64,000 nt of DNA from a virus (Duplodnaviria > Caudoviricetes), in the IMG/VR virus record IMGVR_UViG_2547132108_000007, positions 582 to 64,581 of that record. One strand, written 5' to 3'. Positions 55,884-64,000 of this stretch are shown here, one piece after another. The translations under genes were made by a program, and so were the position numbers. Within the stretch, counting starts at the first letter, position 1. Every line of letters starts with the position of its first letter. The notes beneath the pieces are model-generated. The model was not told the DNA's origin. It saw only the letters and a program-made list of their open reading frames with translations, and made no database searches.

Positions 55884-57030
55884 CGTTCTTTATAATAACG
55901 ATATTTTTCTCGATCCAATCGTCACAGCCGTAACATGGTCCGGTGACATCACGCAGGCCGCCCGTAAACTCGAAGTTTCGATGAAAAATACGCTTGACGG
56001 CGTAAAGCAAGCGGTCAGTATCGAACTCGGGCGGGACCTGCGTTTGTACGAAGATGGTAACGAACTATTCCGCGGCATCATCTTCGCCCATGAAATCGAT
56101 GCAGCCGGGAAAATGACGGTCACTGCGTACGACCAGGCGATATACTTGACGAAAAACGAAGACACGCGGAAGTTTTACGGTATGACGGCTTCCGCAATCA
56201 TCCGGGAACTTTGCGCAGATTTCGGAATTGAGGTCGGCGAGATTGCGGACACGGCTTACGTCATTCCGCGGCTAATCCTTAAGGATAAATCACTTCGCGA
56301 TATGATGGTAACGGCGCTAACCCTGACGCAAAAACAGAACGGCCGTCGTTTTTGGCTGACGTCTCGTGCCGGGGCCCTTAATCTTGTCGAACGCGGCGAG
56401 AAACGTGTGGATTGGGTACTTGAGAACGGGAGAAATATAACCGGTGCTTCATACGGGCTTTCAATCGAGGACATGCGCAATAAGGTAAAAGTAGTCGCAA
56501 ATGAAGACGCCAAGCCCGGTGCCAGCTCAAGCGGCGGCATGAATCTACCGCCTGAGGCGTTGGATATGATTTCCGGAAATATAAACGTTCCGAAAAAGGA
56601 CTCGAAGAAACCGATAACGATCACCTTGGAAGAAACAGAGCTGATGCAACGCTTCGGCACCATGCAACACCTTGAGAAGATGAGCGGAGACGTAACACGA
56701 GCACAAGTCGAACAGACGGCACGTGAATTGCTTGAAAAACTATCAAAAATCAAGGACGATGCCCGTGTAGAGGCGCTTGGAAATACCGAGATTACCTCCG
56801 GAACCGCCGTGTATGTCATCGAACCCATGACGTCAATTGTCGGCGGTTTTTACGTTGTCACCGATTCTCATACGTGGGAGAAAGGCGTCCATCGGATGAG
56901 CCTAACGATATCAGGTGACGAAGGCCTGCCGCAACTCAAATACGAAGAGCCTCCGGCAAGTAAAAAGAAGAAAAAATCGGACGGTGGCGCCGGTCAATAC
57001 GCGTCCGCCCTGGCGCGGTTAGGAGAGTGA
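55876..57030 (+). CDS. Baseplate hub protein (XkdQ/YqbQ-like)
   Basis: VTWSGD..QAARKL, TAYDQAIYL motifs. Confidence 0.8.
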   Translation: MISVLYNNDIFLDPIVTAVTWSGDITQAARKLEVSMKNTLDGVKQAVSIELGRDLRLYEDGNELFRGIIFAHEIDAAGKMTVTAYDQAIYLTKNEDTRKFYGMTASAIIRELCADFGIEVGEIADTAYVIPRLILKDKSLRDMMVTALTLTQKQNGRRFWLTSRAGALNLVERGEKRVDWVLENGRNITGASYGLSIEDMRNKVKVVANEDAKPGASSSGGMNLPPEALDMISGNINVPKKDSKKPITITLEETELMQRFGTMQHLEKMSGDVTRAQVEQTARELLEKLSKIKDDARVEALGNTEITSGTAVYVIEPMTSIVGGFYVVTDSHTWEKGVHRMSLTISGDEGLPQLKYEEPPASKKKKKSDGGAGQYASALARLGE

Positions 57031-57356
57031 TAGCATTGGAAGGAACGGGCGCAAGTCAATTTGCGCAGATGATACGCGAACTTGGGCGTAATGATTTCGA
57101 TAGATTCGAACTCGCCACAATAACATCGATTACGCCGACTCGCGTTAAGGTTGATAACATGAAAATCGAACTAGATGCGTTTGATCTAATCTTCGCCGAG
57201 CAACTTACGACTCACAAACGGAAGGTAACGCTGGGAGGCGATACTAAAACGGAAATGACCATCGATTCACCGCTTGAAGTTGGCGACCGGGTAATCGTCG
57301 TATCGACGAACGGAGGTCAGACGTACGTCGTCCTTGACCGGGCAGTTACGTTATAG
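57027..57356 (+). CDS. Spike-like protein (XkdR/DUF2577-like)
   Basis: LEVGDRVIV...GGQTYVVLDR. Confidence 0.75.
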   Translation: MIALEGTGASQFAQMIRELGRNDFDRFELATITSITPTRVKVDNMKIELDAFDLIFAEQLTTHKRKVTLGGDTKTEMTIDSPLEVGDRVIVVSTNGGQTYVVLDRAVTL

Positions 57357-57374
57357 AAGGGAGGACGGTGATTT

Positions 57375-57785
57375 ATGGCGCTTAGTCCGCTTCAGTCCGT
57401 CGAGTCACGTGCGACAAAGGTAACGCATGTCCCGGCGCCATCAAAAACGTACGCACTCGATTTCGAAACGGGTGAAATATCCGGTTTGATCGACGGCCCG
57501 GACGCTATCCGCCAGTTCATACGAAAAGCGATCGCAACCGCGCGTTTCCGCTTTCTGATTTACGACGCGCAATACGGATGCGAACTCGAAGACTTGATCG
57601 GCCAAGACGTTCCCATGCCGCTGTTGCAGGCGGAAATACCGCGCGTCATCCGGGAAGCGTTAATTTACGACGACCGTATCGCGGACGTAGGCAATTTCGT
57701 GATCCGACGCGAGGCTGACGCGCTTTACGTCTCTTTTGACGTTCAGACAACGGAAGGCCTAATTACGGAGGAGGTGACGGTTTAA
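57375..57785 (+). CDS. Baseplate wedge protein (XkdS/DUF2634-like)
   Basis: TARFRFLIYDAQYG.E...EALIYDDRI. Confidence 0.8.
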   Translation: MALSPLQSVESRATKVTHVPAPSKTYALDFETGEISGLIDGPDAIRQFIRKAIATARFRFLIYDAQYGCELEDLIGQDVPMPLLQAEIPRVIREALIYDDRIADVGNFVIRREADALYVSFDVQTTEGLITEEVTV

Positions 57786-58834
57786 TGTACGAATCGCAAA
57801 CGAAGGCCGCGATCCTACAGCGGATGCTTGACGCGACCGACCCGACGATCGACAAACGGCAAGGCTCCGTTACGTTCGACATGCTCGCGCCGGCAGCCGG
57901 AGAGATAGCGCAAGCCTACATCGAACTCGATAACGTGCTGCGCTGGGGATTCGCCGACACAACGTACGGTCCGTACCTCGAACTCCGCTGCGGTGAGCGC
58001 GGTATCTACCGGAAGGCCGCCGTTAAAGCGATCGGCTCCGCGACGCTTACGGGCGCTAACGGCACGGTTATACCGGCGGGGACGGAACTCTCAACGGGCG
58101 GGAACGCCCCGATCTACTTCGTCACAACGGCGGCCGGTACGGTCTCGGGCGGTTCCATTACGGTTGCGGCCGAAGCGAAGACGGGCGGTGCGTCAGCCAA
58201 CATCGGGCCCGGCGCAGTTAAGAACGTACTTGGACCGCTGGCCGGAGTCGTGACCGTTACGAACACCGCGCCATTCAATGGCGGAACCGATACGGAGTCA
58301 GACGCGGACCTTTTAGCGCGCTACACCGAAACGGTCCGGCGGCCGGCTACGTCGGGAAACGCGAATCAATATCGCCAGTGGGCGCTTGCAATCGCGGGCA
58401 TATCCGACGCACGCGTTTACGAAGTTTGGAACGGACCCGGAACGGTGAAGGTCGTTCTATTGGACGCAAATAAACGCGCCCCAACGGCCGCCAAAGTAGC
58501 GGAGACGAAAGCGTATATCGACACGCAGCGTCCGGTTCTTGGCGGTGTCCTTACGGTCGAAGGCGCTACGGAAATCGCGATTAACGTAGCCGGAACGTAC
58601 ACGCTGCGGGCGGGCGCGACGCTAGCGGAGGCTCGAACGCAAATAGCCGCCGGGTTGACTGCGTACTTAAAAACGCTCGCTTTCGTCGACCCGATCGTTC
58701 GCTATTCGCAGATTACGAACGTGATACTCGGGGCCCCGGCCGTCCTCGACTACAGCAACGTCATGGTGAACGGCGGAACTTCGAATATTACGATCGCGGA
58801 CGGTTCGGTCGCGGTGCCGGGGACGGTGGTTTAA
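57785..58834 (+). CDS. Baseplate J-like protein (XkdT-like)
   Basis: DKRQGS, GTDTESD, SGNANQYRQWA, GPGTVKV. Confidence 0.88.
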   Translation: MYESQTKAAILQRMLDATDPTIDKRQGSVTFDMLAPAAGEIAQAYIELDNVLRWGFADTTYGPYLELRCGERGIYRKAAVKAIGSATLTGANGTVIPAGTELSTGGNAPIYFVTTAAGTVSGGSITVAAEAKTGGASANIGPGAVKNVLGPLAGVVTVTNTAPFNGGTDTESDADLLARYTETVRRPATSGNANQYRQWALAIAGISDARVYEVWNGPGTVKVVLLDANKRAPTAAKVAETKAYIDTQRPVLGGVLTVEGATEIAINVAGTYTLRAGATLAEARTQIAAGLTAYLKTLAFVDPIVRYSQITNVILGAPAVLDYSNVMVNGGTSNITIADGSVAVPGTVV

Positions 58835-58835
58835 C

Positions 58836-59426
58836 GTGGACGGGACGCAAAAACCAACGCCAAGAACAACGCAAACAATACGCCAAGACATGTCGGACTC
58901 GATGCCGCTATATTATGGCGGCTCGGCCGTAGTGGGGAACGTACTCGACCGCGAAAGTGCGGAATTCGGCGCTCTTAACGCCGCCGTTCATGACGTACTC
59001 GATCAATTTTTCATCGATACGGCAACGTGGGGGCTTGCGAATTGGGAGCGTGTTTGCGGCATAGCGACGGACCTTTCTAAACCGATCGAACAGCGGCGGG
59101 CCGTTGTGAAATCGAAGCTGCGCGGGATCGGGACCGTAACCGTTGCGTTGATAAAAAACGTGGCCGAGGCGTACGCGAACGGTGAAGTCGAAGTGACGGA
59201 AAACGTCGCGCCATACACGATCGGCATTCGGTACGTGTCAGCGCTCGGCGTGCCGGACAATATCGCGGACATTCAGCGGGCTTTACGCGAGATTATACCG
59301 GCGCACTTGGCGATAGCGTATTCGTTCCGTTACCTGACTGTTGCGCAGGTCGGAGCGATGACGGTCGGGGCGTTGCAGACGACGAAGCTAAACAAATTCG
59401 CGCCGTTCAAGGAAATTTTACCGTAA
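58836..59426 (+). CDS. Baseplate protein (XkdU/YmfQ, DUF2313-like)
   Basis: TATWGLANWE...IIPAHL. Confidence 0.82.
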   Translation: MDGTQKPTPRTTQTIRQDMSDSMPLYYGGSAVVGNVLDRESAEFGALNAAVHDVLDQFFIDTATWGLANWERVCGIATDLSKPIEQRRAVVKSKLRGIGTVTVALIKNVAEAYANGEVEVTENVAPYTIGIRYVSALGVPDNIADIQRALREIIPAHLAIAYSFRYLTVAQVGAMTVGALQTTKLNKFAPFKEILP

Positions 59427-59444
59427 GGGAGCGTTTGATGACGC

Positions 59445-60422
59445 ATGGGAACTTCAACGCCCAATCTCGGGCTATTCAAATATGATCCGTCGACGGACGG
59501 GAATCAGACGTTCGACCTGACGCTCGCGTTAAACGGGCCGTATGACAGGCTAGACGCGGTGATTCCGCTCAGCAATATGGCGCGACAAGCGATTATAAAC
59601 GGAAACTTTGACGTGTGGCAGCGTGCTACGCAATTCACCGCAAACTCCGCTTATACATGCGATAGATTCTGCCTATTCCATAACCACACCTCGGCTACTG
59701 TGACAAGACAAGAAACTTTCGCCCCAACTGGTTCGCGCTATAATTTACGCCTAGCAAATGTGACTCGCGGATCGGGAACGTATCTGCAAATTGTACAGGC
59801 GATTGAGACGATTAACTGTTTAGCTCTAATCAACAAAAGCGTGACTCTTTCGTTTCAAGTACGAAAAAGCTCCGGACTTACTTCGGGGGATGTCACCGCG
59901 TACATCAAATACAGGACGGTCGTCGATGATAACTCAGTTAGTGTGGCGAATGGCACCGTTGCAAGTTCAGTTACGATTGCTAACGCTAATTTGACGACGT
60001 CGCACCAGTTGTGCAAAGTTACGGCGACAATTCCGACAACTGCCCGCACGATCGGCGTTGTCATCGCTATGGAAAATTCGCCCACTGACGGTGGTTATAT
60101 CGACATCGCCCAAGTCCAGCTTTGCGCCGGTGACGTAGCCCTACCGTTTCAGCCGCGGAGTTTTGCGGAGGAACTGGCGATGTGTCAGCGGTATTACGAG
60201 TACTTGGACGTTGCTCGTGTACGTTACCTAGATGCAGCGTCCGGTGTTGTTTTTAGCCGTGATTTTCGTCCGAAGCGCGTCGTACCAACGGTAACAATCG
60301 CCACAATCAACGGAGTCGCACCGACAATAGATTCTGCTAGAACTAACTCTGTAAGTTTAATCCTAACGAATTCGGGGATCACAGACTCCACTTACAGTTT
60401 GAAGCTAGACGCCGAACTATAA
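59445..60422 (+). CDS. Tail fibre / receptor-binding protein
   Basis: TPNLGL N-terminus; INGNFDVWQR...ELAMCQRYYE. Confidence 0.75.
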   Translation: MGTSTPNLGLFKYDPSTDGNQTFDLTLALNGPYDRLDAVIPLSNMARQAIINGNFDVWQRATQFTANSAYTCDRFCLFHNHTSATVTRQETFAPTGSRYNLRLANVTRGSGTYLQIVQAIETINCLALINKSVTLSFQVRKSSGLTSGDVTAYIKYRTVVDDNSVSVANGTVASSVTIANANLTTSHQLCKVTATIPTTARTIGVVIAMENSPTDGGYIDIAQVQLCAGDVALPFQPRSFAEELAMCQRYYEYLDVARVRYLDAASGVVFSRDFRPKRVVPTVTIATINGVAPTIDSARTNSVSLILTNSGITDSTYSLKLDAEL

Positions 60423-60437
60423 CGAAAGGAGACGCAC

Positions 60438-60764
60438 ATGGACGGATACAAACATTACGTACGCACCAACGCGGCCGGCCTCGTCATTCATGGGTTTTCT
60501 TCCGCCTTTGAAACGCCGGAGCAGACGGACGCTTGCATAGACGAGAACGGAGGCCGGCATTTTATGATTGAGCTTAGAAATGAGCGCGGCCAATTTCGCT
60601 ATCGATATGAAAACGGGACTCTCGTTGAACGCGGCCAGTCGGACCTCGACGCGGAGTGGAACGCTCGTCCTCCTGCGCCGCCGACGAAAGAAGAACTACG
60701 CGAAAAACGTGCAGCTGACTTGGAAAAGGCGTTAGCCAATTTATATACGAAAGGAGTTGTTTAG
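60438..60764 (+). CDS. Tail fibre-associated protein
   Basis: Position after fibre; HYVRT...FSSAF pattern. Confidence 0.55.
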   Translation: MDGYKHYVRTNAAGLVIHGFSSAFETPEQTDACIDENGGRHFMIELRNERGQFRYRYENGTLVERGQSDLDAEWNARPPAPPTKEELREKRAADLEKALANLYTKGVV

Positions 60765-60765
60765 T

Positions 60766-60963
60766 ATGGCGTTGGAAGATTACAAAATCCGTATCATCGG
60801 ACGCGCTTGCATTACGCGCTACAACGACGGAGAGGCCGTCGACCTGAAGACGATTATCGATACGAACTACAACGCGCTCGCCTCCGAGGACCGCGCGGCG
60901 GTTGTTGCGTTCGTGCAGAGCGTTCGTCCCGATATCCCTTACGAAAAAGGGACGGAGGTGTAG
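60766..60963 (+). CDS. Small hypothetical protein
   Basis: AAGGAG RBS. Confidence 0.55.
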   Translation: MALEDYKIRIIGRACITRYNDGEAVDLKTIIDTNYNALASEDRAAVVAFVQSVRPDIPYEKGTEV

Positions 60964-60969
60964 ACGCTA

Positions 60970-61218
60970 ATGCCCGAAAATATAACAGAATATTTCGCAC
61001 TCTACGGGCCGTTCGCGGTCCTTTTTGTCGTTCTCTTCGGGTGGACGCTGAAAACGAATGCCCAGCGCGAAGAACTTTACCGCCATGACATTACGGAAAT
61101 TCGCGCGGAGCTGGCGGAACAATCGAAGCAGCATTACGAAGTGCTCTCGAAATTTGCGGACAAGTACGACTTGCTCATTACGGAGATTCGCGAAGTTAAA
61201 TCGAAAATGGGAAGGTGA
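60970..61218 (+). CDS. Holin-like protein (BhlA/UviB-like)
   Basis: GPFAVLFVVLFGW..K.N..RE single TM plus coiled coil. Confidence 0.75.
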   Translation: MPENITEYFALYGPFAVLFVVLFGWTLKTNAQREELYRHDITEIRAELAEQSKQHYEVLSKFADKYDLLITEIREVKSKMGR

Positions 61219-61223
61219 CGCAA

Positions 61224-61559
61224 ATGTTCGGACTGGATATGGCACAATTCAACGATATCGCAACGTTGGCCGCGCTCGTGGCTGCGTGCGTCGGCGTACT
61301 TAAAGGGCTCGCGACGGGTACGCCATACGAAGCGTTGGCTGGGCGGTTGGCGCCGCTCGTGGCCGTACTTGTCGCGGCCGTTTTCGTTCTCGTACCGGCA
61401 GAAATACGGGAAAAGATCATCGTGATTAGCGTCGTGTCGTTGACGGCGAGCGGGGCGTATACGTTCACGAAAAAGCGGACGGACGTGCCCGGACCAAGCA
61501 CGAGTGAGAACGAAAAGGGAGGTGGTACGAATGGCGGCGGTTCAAATGACACGCGATGA
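61224..61559 (+). CDS. Second holin-like membrane protein
   Basis: Three hydrophobic segments, LTASGAY motif. Confidence 0.7.
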   Translation: MFGLDMAQFNDIATLAALVAACVGVLKGLATGTPYEALAGRLAPLVAVLVAAVFVLVPAEIREKIIVISVVSLTASGAYTFTKKRTDVPGPSTSENEKGGGTNGGGSNDTR

Positions 61560-62154
61560 GTTCATCGCAGCAATCGCGCCGTATGCCGTGGCGGATATGC
61601 GGAATAGCGGCGTACTGGCGTCGATAACACTGGCGCAGGCTGCGCTTGAGAGCGCTTGGGGACGGTCGGCACCGGGCAACAATCTCTTCGGGATCAAGGG
61701 CGCAGGACAGACGCAAACAACGAAAGAGTTCGTGAGCGGTCAGTGGATCACGATTCAAGACGGCTTCCGCGTGTATGAATCGTGGGAGGGAAGTATCCGC
61801 GACCACAGCCGTTTTCTGACCGAAAACAGCCGCTATGCACGCGCCGGTTTCTTCGAGTGTTGTAAAAGACTAGATTACGCGGGGGCGGCGAATGCTCTCC
61901 AGAAAGCGGGATACGCAACCGACCCGACGTACGCGCAAAAGTTGACGGGAATCATTGAGGCTAACGGATTTTCTAAACTCGACAAGGAGGCGGCAGAGCC
62001 TATGTTAGACAAGGGCGTAGCAAATACGGTGATTGAAACGTGGATCGGCCCAGCATGGAAGAAAGCGAACGAGGCCGGAAACGAGGACGAGAAAAAATAC
62101 ATGAACTGGCTGGCGAACGAGCTTCGTAAAGCGTCCGGCCAACCGTTACAATAG
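61531..62154 (+). CDS. Endolysin 1: GH73 glucosaminidase-like + C-terminal domain
   Basis: AQAALESAWG, NNLFGIK, GYATDPTYAQKL. Confidence 0.88.
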   Translation: MAAVQMTRDEFIAAIAPYAVADMRNSGVLASITLAQAALESAWGRSAPGNNLFGIKGAGQTQTTKEFVSGQWITIQDGFRVYESWEGSIRDHSRFLTENSRYARAGFFECCKRLDYAGAANALQKAGYATDPTYAQKLTGIIEANGFSKLDKEAAEPMLDKGVANTVIETWIGPAWKKANEAGNEDEKKYMNWLANELRKASGQPLQ

Positions 62155-62170
62155 AAGGGAGGAGAGTCTT

Positions 62171-62764
62171 ATGAGCGTTACAGGCGTTTTCGACGGATGG
62201 AAGTTAACGAGTCCGTACGGATATCGGGTTGACCCGTTCAACGGCAGCCGATCGTTCCACACCGGTGTTGACCTCGTCAAATACCACAAATACCCGATCC
62301 CGGCCTTCGTTGGCGGGGTCGTTCTTTTTGCGGGCGAGGGCGGACCCGGAACGGGATTCGGAGGCTACGGGAATGTAGTCGCCATTAAAGACGCGAAAGG
62401 CTACGTACATTGTTACGCCCACCTCGATAGCGTGGCGGAGGCCGCGGTGAAAGGGCGGGCGATTCAACGTGGAGATATCGTCGGGTACCAAGGGACGACC
62501 GGCCGCAGCACCGGTTCACACCTGCACTACGAAGTCCGCGCGAAAGATACGCCTGGCTACGGTTACGGATCGCATGTTGATCCGGGCGCTTACCTTGAAG
62601 CGTGTTTGAAGACGGAAGAGCCCGTACTTGACTCAGGCGTACGGGATACGATTATAAATACGTGGCTGGACCCGGCCTTGCAGAAAGCGAACGCAGCGGG
62701 CGATAAGCAGCAGGCAGACTATATCCGCTGGCTGACGGCTGAGCTACGGAAGGCTTCCGTCTAA
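62171..62764 (+). CDS. Endolysin 2: M23 peptidase + C-terminal domain
   Basis: HTGVD, YAHL, GRSTGSHLHYEV. Confidence 0.9.
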   Translation: MSVTGVFDGWKLTSPYGYRVDPFNGSRSFHTGVDLVKYHKYPIPAFVGGVVLFAGEGGPGTGFGGYGNVVAIKDAKGYVHCYAHLDSVAEAAVKGRAIQRGDIVGYQGTTGRSTGSHLHYEVRAKDTPGYGYGSHVDPGAYLEACLKTEEPVLDSGVRDTIINTWLDPALQKANAAGDKQQADYIRWLTAELRKASV

Positions 62765-62787
62765 GACCAGTAACATAACGCACGAAC

Positions 62788-62824
62788 CCCGTCGGCCTAA
62801 CGCTGGCGGGGTCTTTTCTTGTTT
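62788..62824 (+). terminator. Terminator after the lysis genes
   Basis: CCCCGTCGGC...GCTGGCGGGG followed by TCTTTTCTT. Confidence 0.7.
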
Positions 62825-62864
62825 CTTCTATTATATAACGCAGCCCCAACGAAACCACGCTCCC

Positions 62865-63311
62865 CTAGTGTATCCGTCCATCCGCGTACCCGTCTACGTC
62901 CCCAACCGTACCTACGACCCGGTCCCCACGGTTTAAATACGTTCTCATAAACAGTTCCGCCTCAACCCGCAGTACGTCCGTGTTCATCACGATCGAGCCC
63001 GTGTAGCCGCGTACGGCATATTCCGTCCTGAGCCCGTCAGCCGTACGGACTGAATCATGGACGCGTACGTTCGTCTTCCGAAATTTGCGGCGGATCGCGC
63101 TTAAGTCCGCGGCTAATACGTCCATAGACCGTTGGATAGCGTCAATGTACGGGCCCGGCGTCTTGACCGCGGCGGCTACCGCTCGGCTGTCGCGCTCAAA
63201 CGCGGCCATAACTAGCGGCAAAATGACGTACTTTTTGATAGCGCGTAATTCTTCGTCAGAAGGCGTGGAGATTACGCGTATCGGCATTGCGGTATTTATA
63301 GCGGAATTCAT
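62865..63311 (-). CDS. SOS-regulated hypothetical protein, paralog of 37209-37532
   Basis: GAGGTG RBS at ATG 63311; LexA box upstream. Confidence 0.65.
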   Translation of the reverse strand: MNSAINTAMPIRVISTPSDEELRAIKKYVILPLVMAAFERDSRAVAAAVKTPGPYIDAIQRSMDVLAADLSAIRRKFRKTNVRVHDSVRTADGLRTEYAVRGYTGSIVMNTDVLRVEAELFMRTYLNRGDRVVGTVGDVDGYADGRIH

Positions 63312-63330
63312 AATGGCGGTCACCTCGTGT

Positions 63331-63354
63331 GAGAACGTTTGTTCTCGTATTATA
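63331..63354 (-). promoter_or_regulatory. Perfect LexA (SOS) box next to a TATAAT -10
   Basis: GAGAACGTTTGTTCTC (GAAC-N4-GTTC) at 63331-63346; minus-strand TATAAT at 63349-63354. Confidence 0.75.
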
Positions 63355-63529
63355 GCGTAAATGAGGGCGGAGTGCAATGGGAGCAGAGCGGAACCTGACG
63401 TGCGATTCCGCGTATGTAAAGGAGGAGTAGCGGTAGTATACGTAGGTGGTAGCGCTATTATTCGCTATAGGCAACGGCATTAAAACGTTGTACAATAGCG
63501 GTAACATATGGAAAAGGCGGCTGGAAACG

Positions 63530-64000
63530 ATGAGATTCGTACTTATAGCGGTCATGGCGTTCGTTTTAGCGGTAACGGCGGGTTGTGGCTCCGATCCTGT
63601 TGCGGAGGATATCAAATCGTACGTACCGAAAGTACAAGAGATTCTTCCATTGGCGAACGAAGCACAAAATGCCTTTCTAAAAGGAGGCTCGTCCGACGAG
63701 GAGAGATTAAAAACAATCGATTCAATTGTAGTACCCAGATATAAAGAATTTATTAGTAAGCTTGAACAAATTCGGCCGCAGACAAAGGAACTCCGCGACC
63801 TCCATGAAATCTACATCAAATCAGCGAATAAGGAATACTCGGCCTATTCACAGATTAACTCGGTTTCTGTTTTGACAAACATCGGACAAATTAATGACGC
63901 GCTCGCTGAGTCACGCGCTGAAATGCGAAAGTATAACGACGGGGTAGCTGAGTTGCTAAAACAACACGGTCTAAAGATTGTCCCGCCGTCAACGAAATGA
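63530..64000 (+). CDS. Lipoprotein (moron)
   Basis: MRFVLIAVMAFVLAVTAG-C lipobox; stop at the last codon of the window. Confidence 0.75.
   Translation: MRFVLIAVMAFVLAVTAGCGSDPVAEDIKSYVPKVQEILPLANEAQNAFLKGGSSDEERLKTIDSIVVPRYKEFISKLEQIRPQTKELRDLHEIYIKSANKEYSAYSQINSVSVLTNIGQINDALAESRAEMRKYNDGVAELLKQHGLKIVPPSTK

Larger units (their letters stand above)
1..64000 (+). mobile_element. Temperate myovirus-like prophage (integrase, replication, packaging, head, contractile tail, lysis); boundaries not visible in window
   Basis: Continuous phage gene order from integrase to lysins, almost all on + strand; no host housekeeping genes recognised. Confidence 0.93.

Noticed and set aside
51222-60422. PBSX-like defective phage or tailocin
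   Set aside because: Terminase, portal, capsid, integrase and a complete replisome are present
59445-60422. Diversity-generating retroelement acting on the tail fibre
   Set aside because: No reverse transcriptase and no template/variable repeat pair seen

Overview
The window is almost entirely one temperate, contractile-tailed (myovirus-like) prophage of a Bacillales host, most likely Paenibacillaceae (inferred from protein content). Left to right: 3' end of a tyrosine integrase; early genes; a self-contained replication block (HNH endonuclease, DnaC-like loader, DnaB-like helicase, primase, SSB-like protein, a family A DNA polymerase split into two genes, clamp-like protein, Cas4/RecB-like nuclease, RuvC); nucleotide metabolism (class II RNR NrdJ, dUTPase, dNMP kinase); a C5 DNA methyltransferase; XRE/SOS-controlled accessory genes; a RepL-like gene with iteron-like repeats; terminase, portal and head; a PBSX(Xkd)-like tail; two holins, two lysins and a lipoprotein moron. 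The most striking system is a phage agr-like peptide cassette after the primase: kinase-less multi-TM membrane protein + AgrB + AgrD-like propeptide + receiver-less LytTR protein. A second, orphan, perfectly colinear AgrD-like gene sits 31 kb away in the late operon directly after terL. Both propeptides share a KGGIG-EI-x-AP core and lack the canonical Cys/Ser ring nucleophile. Other points: split PolA with a zinc-finger microgene in the gap, ATA/ATC start codons on three DNA enzymes, two lysins sharing a C-terminal domain (one with a candidate internal start), a type I toxin-like unit, structured RNA leaders and two frameshift lesions. All calls come from reading motifs by eye; no searches were run. 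No att sites, tRNAs or CRISPR arrays were recognised.
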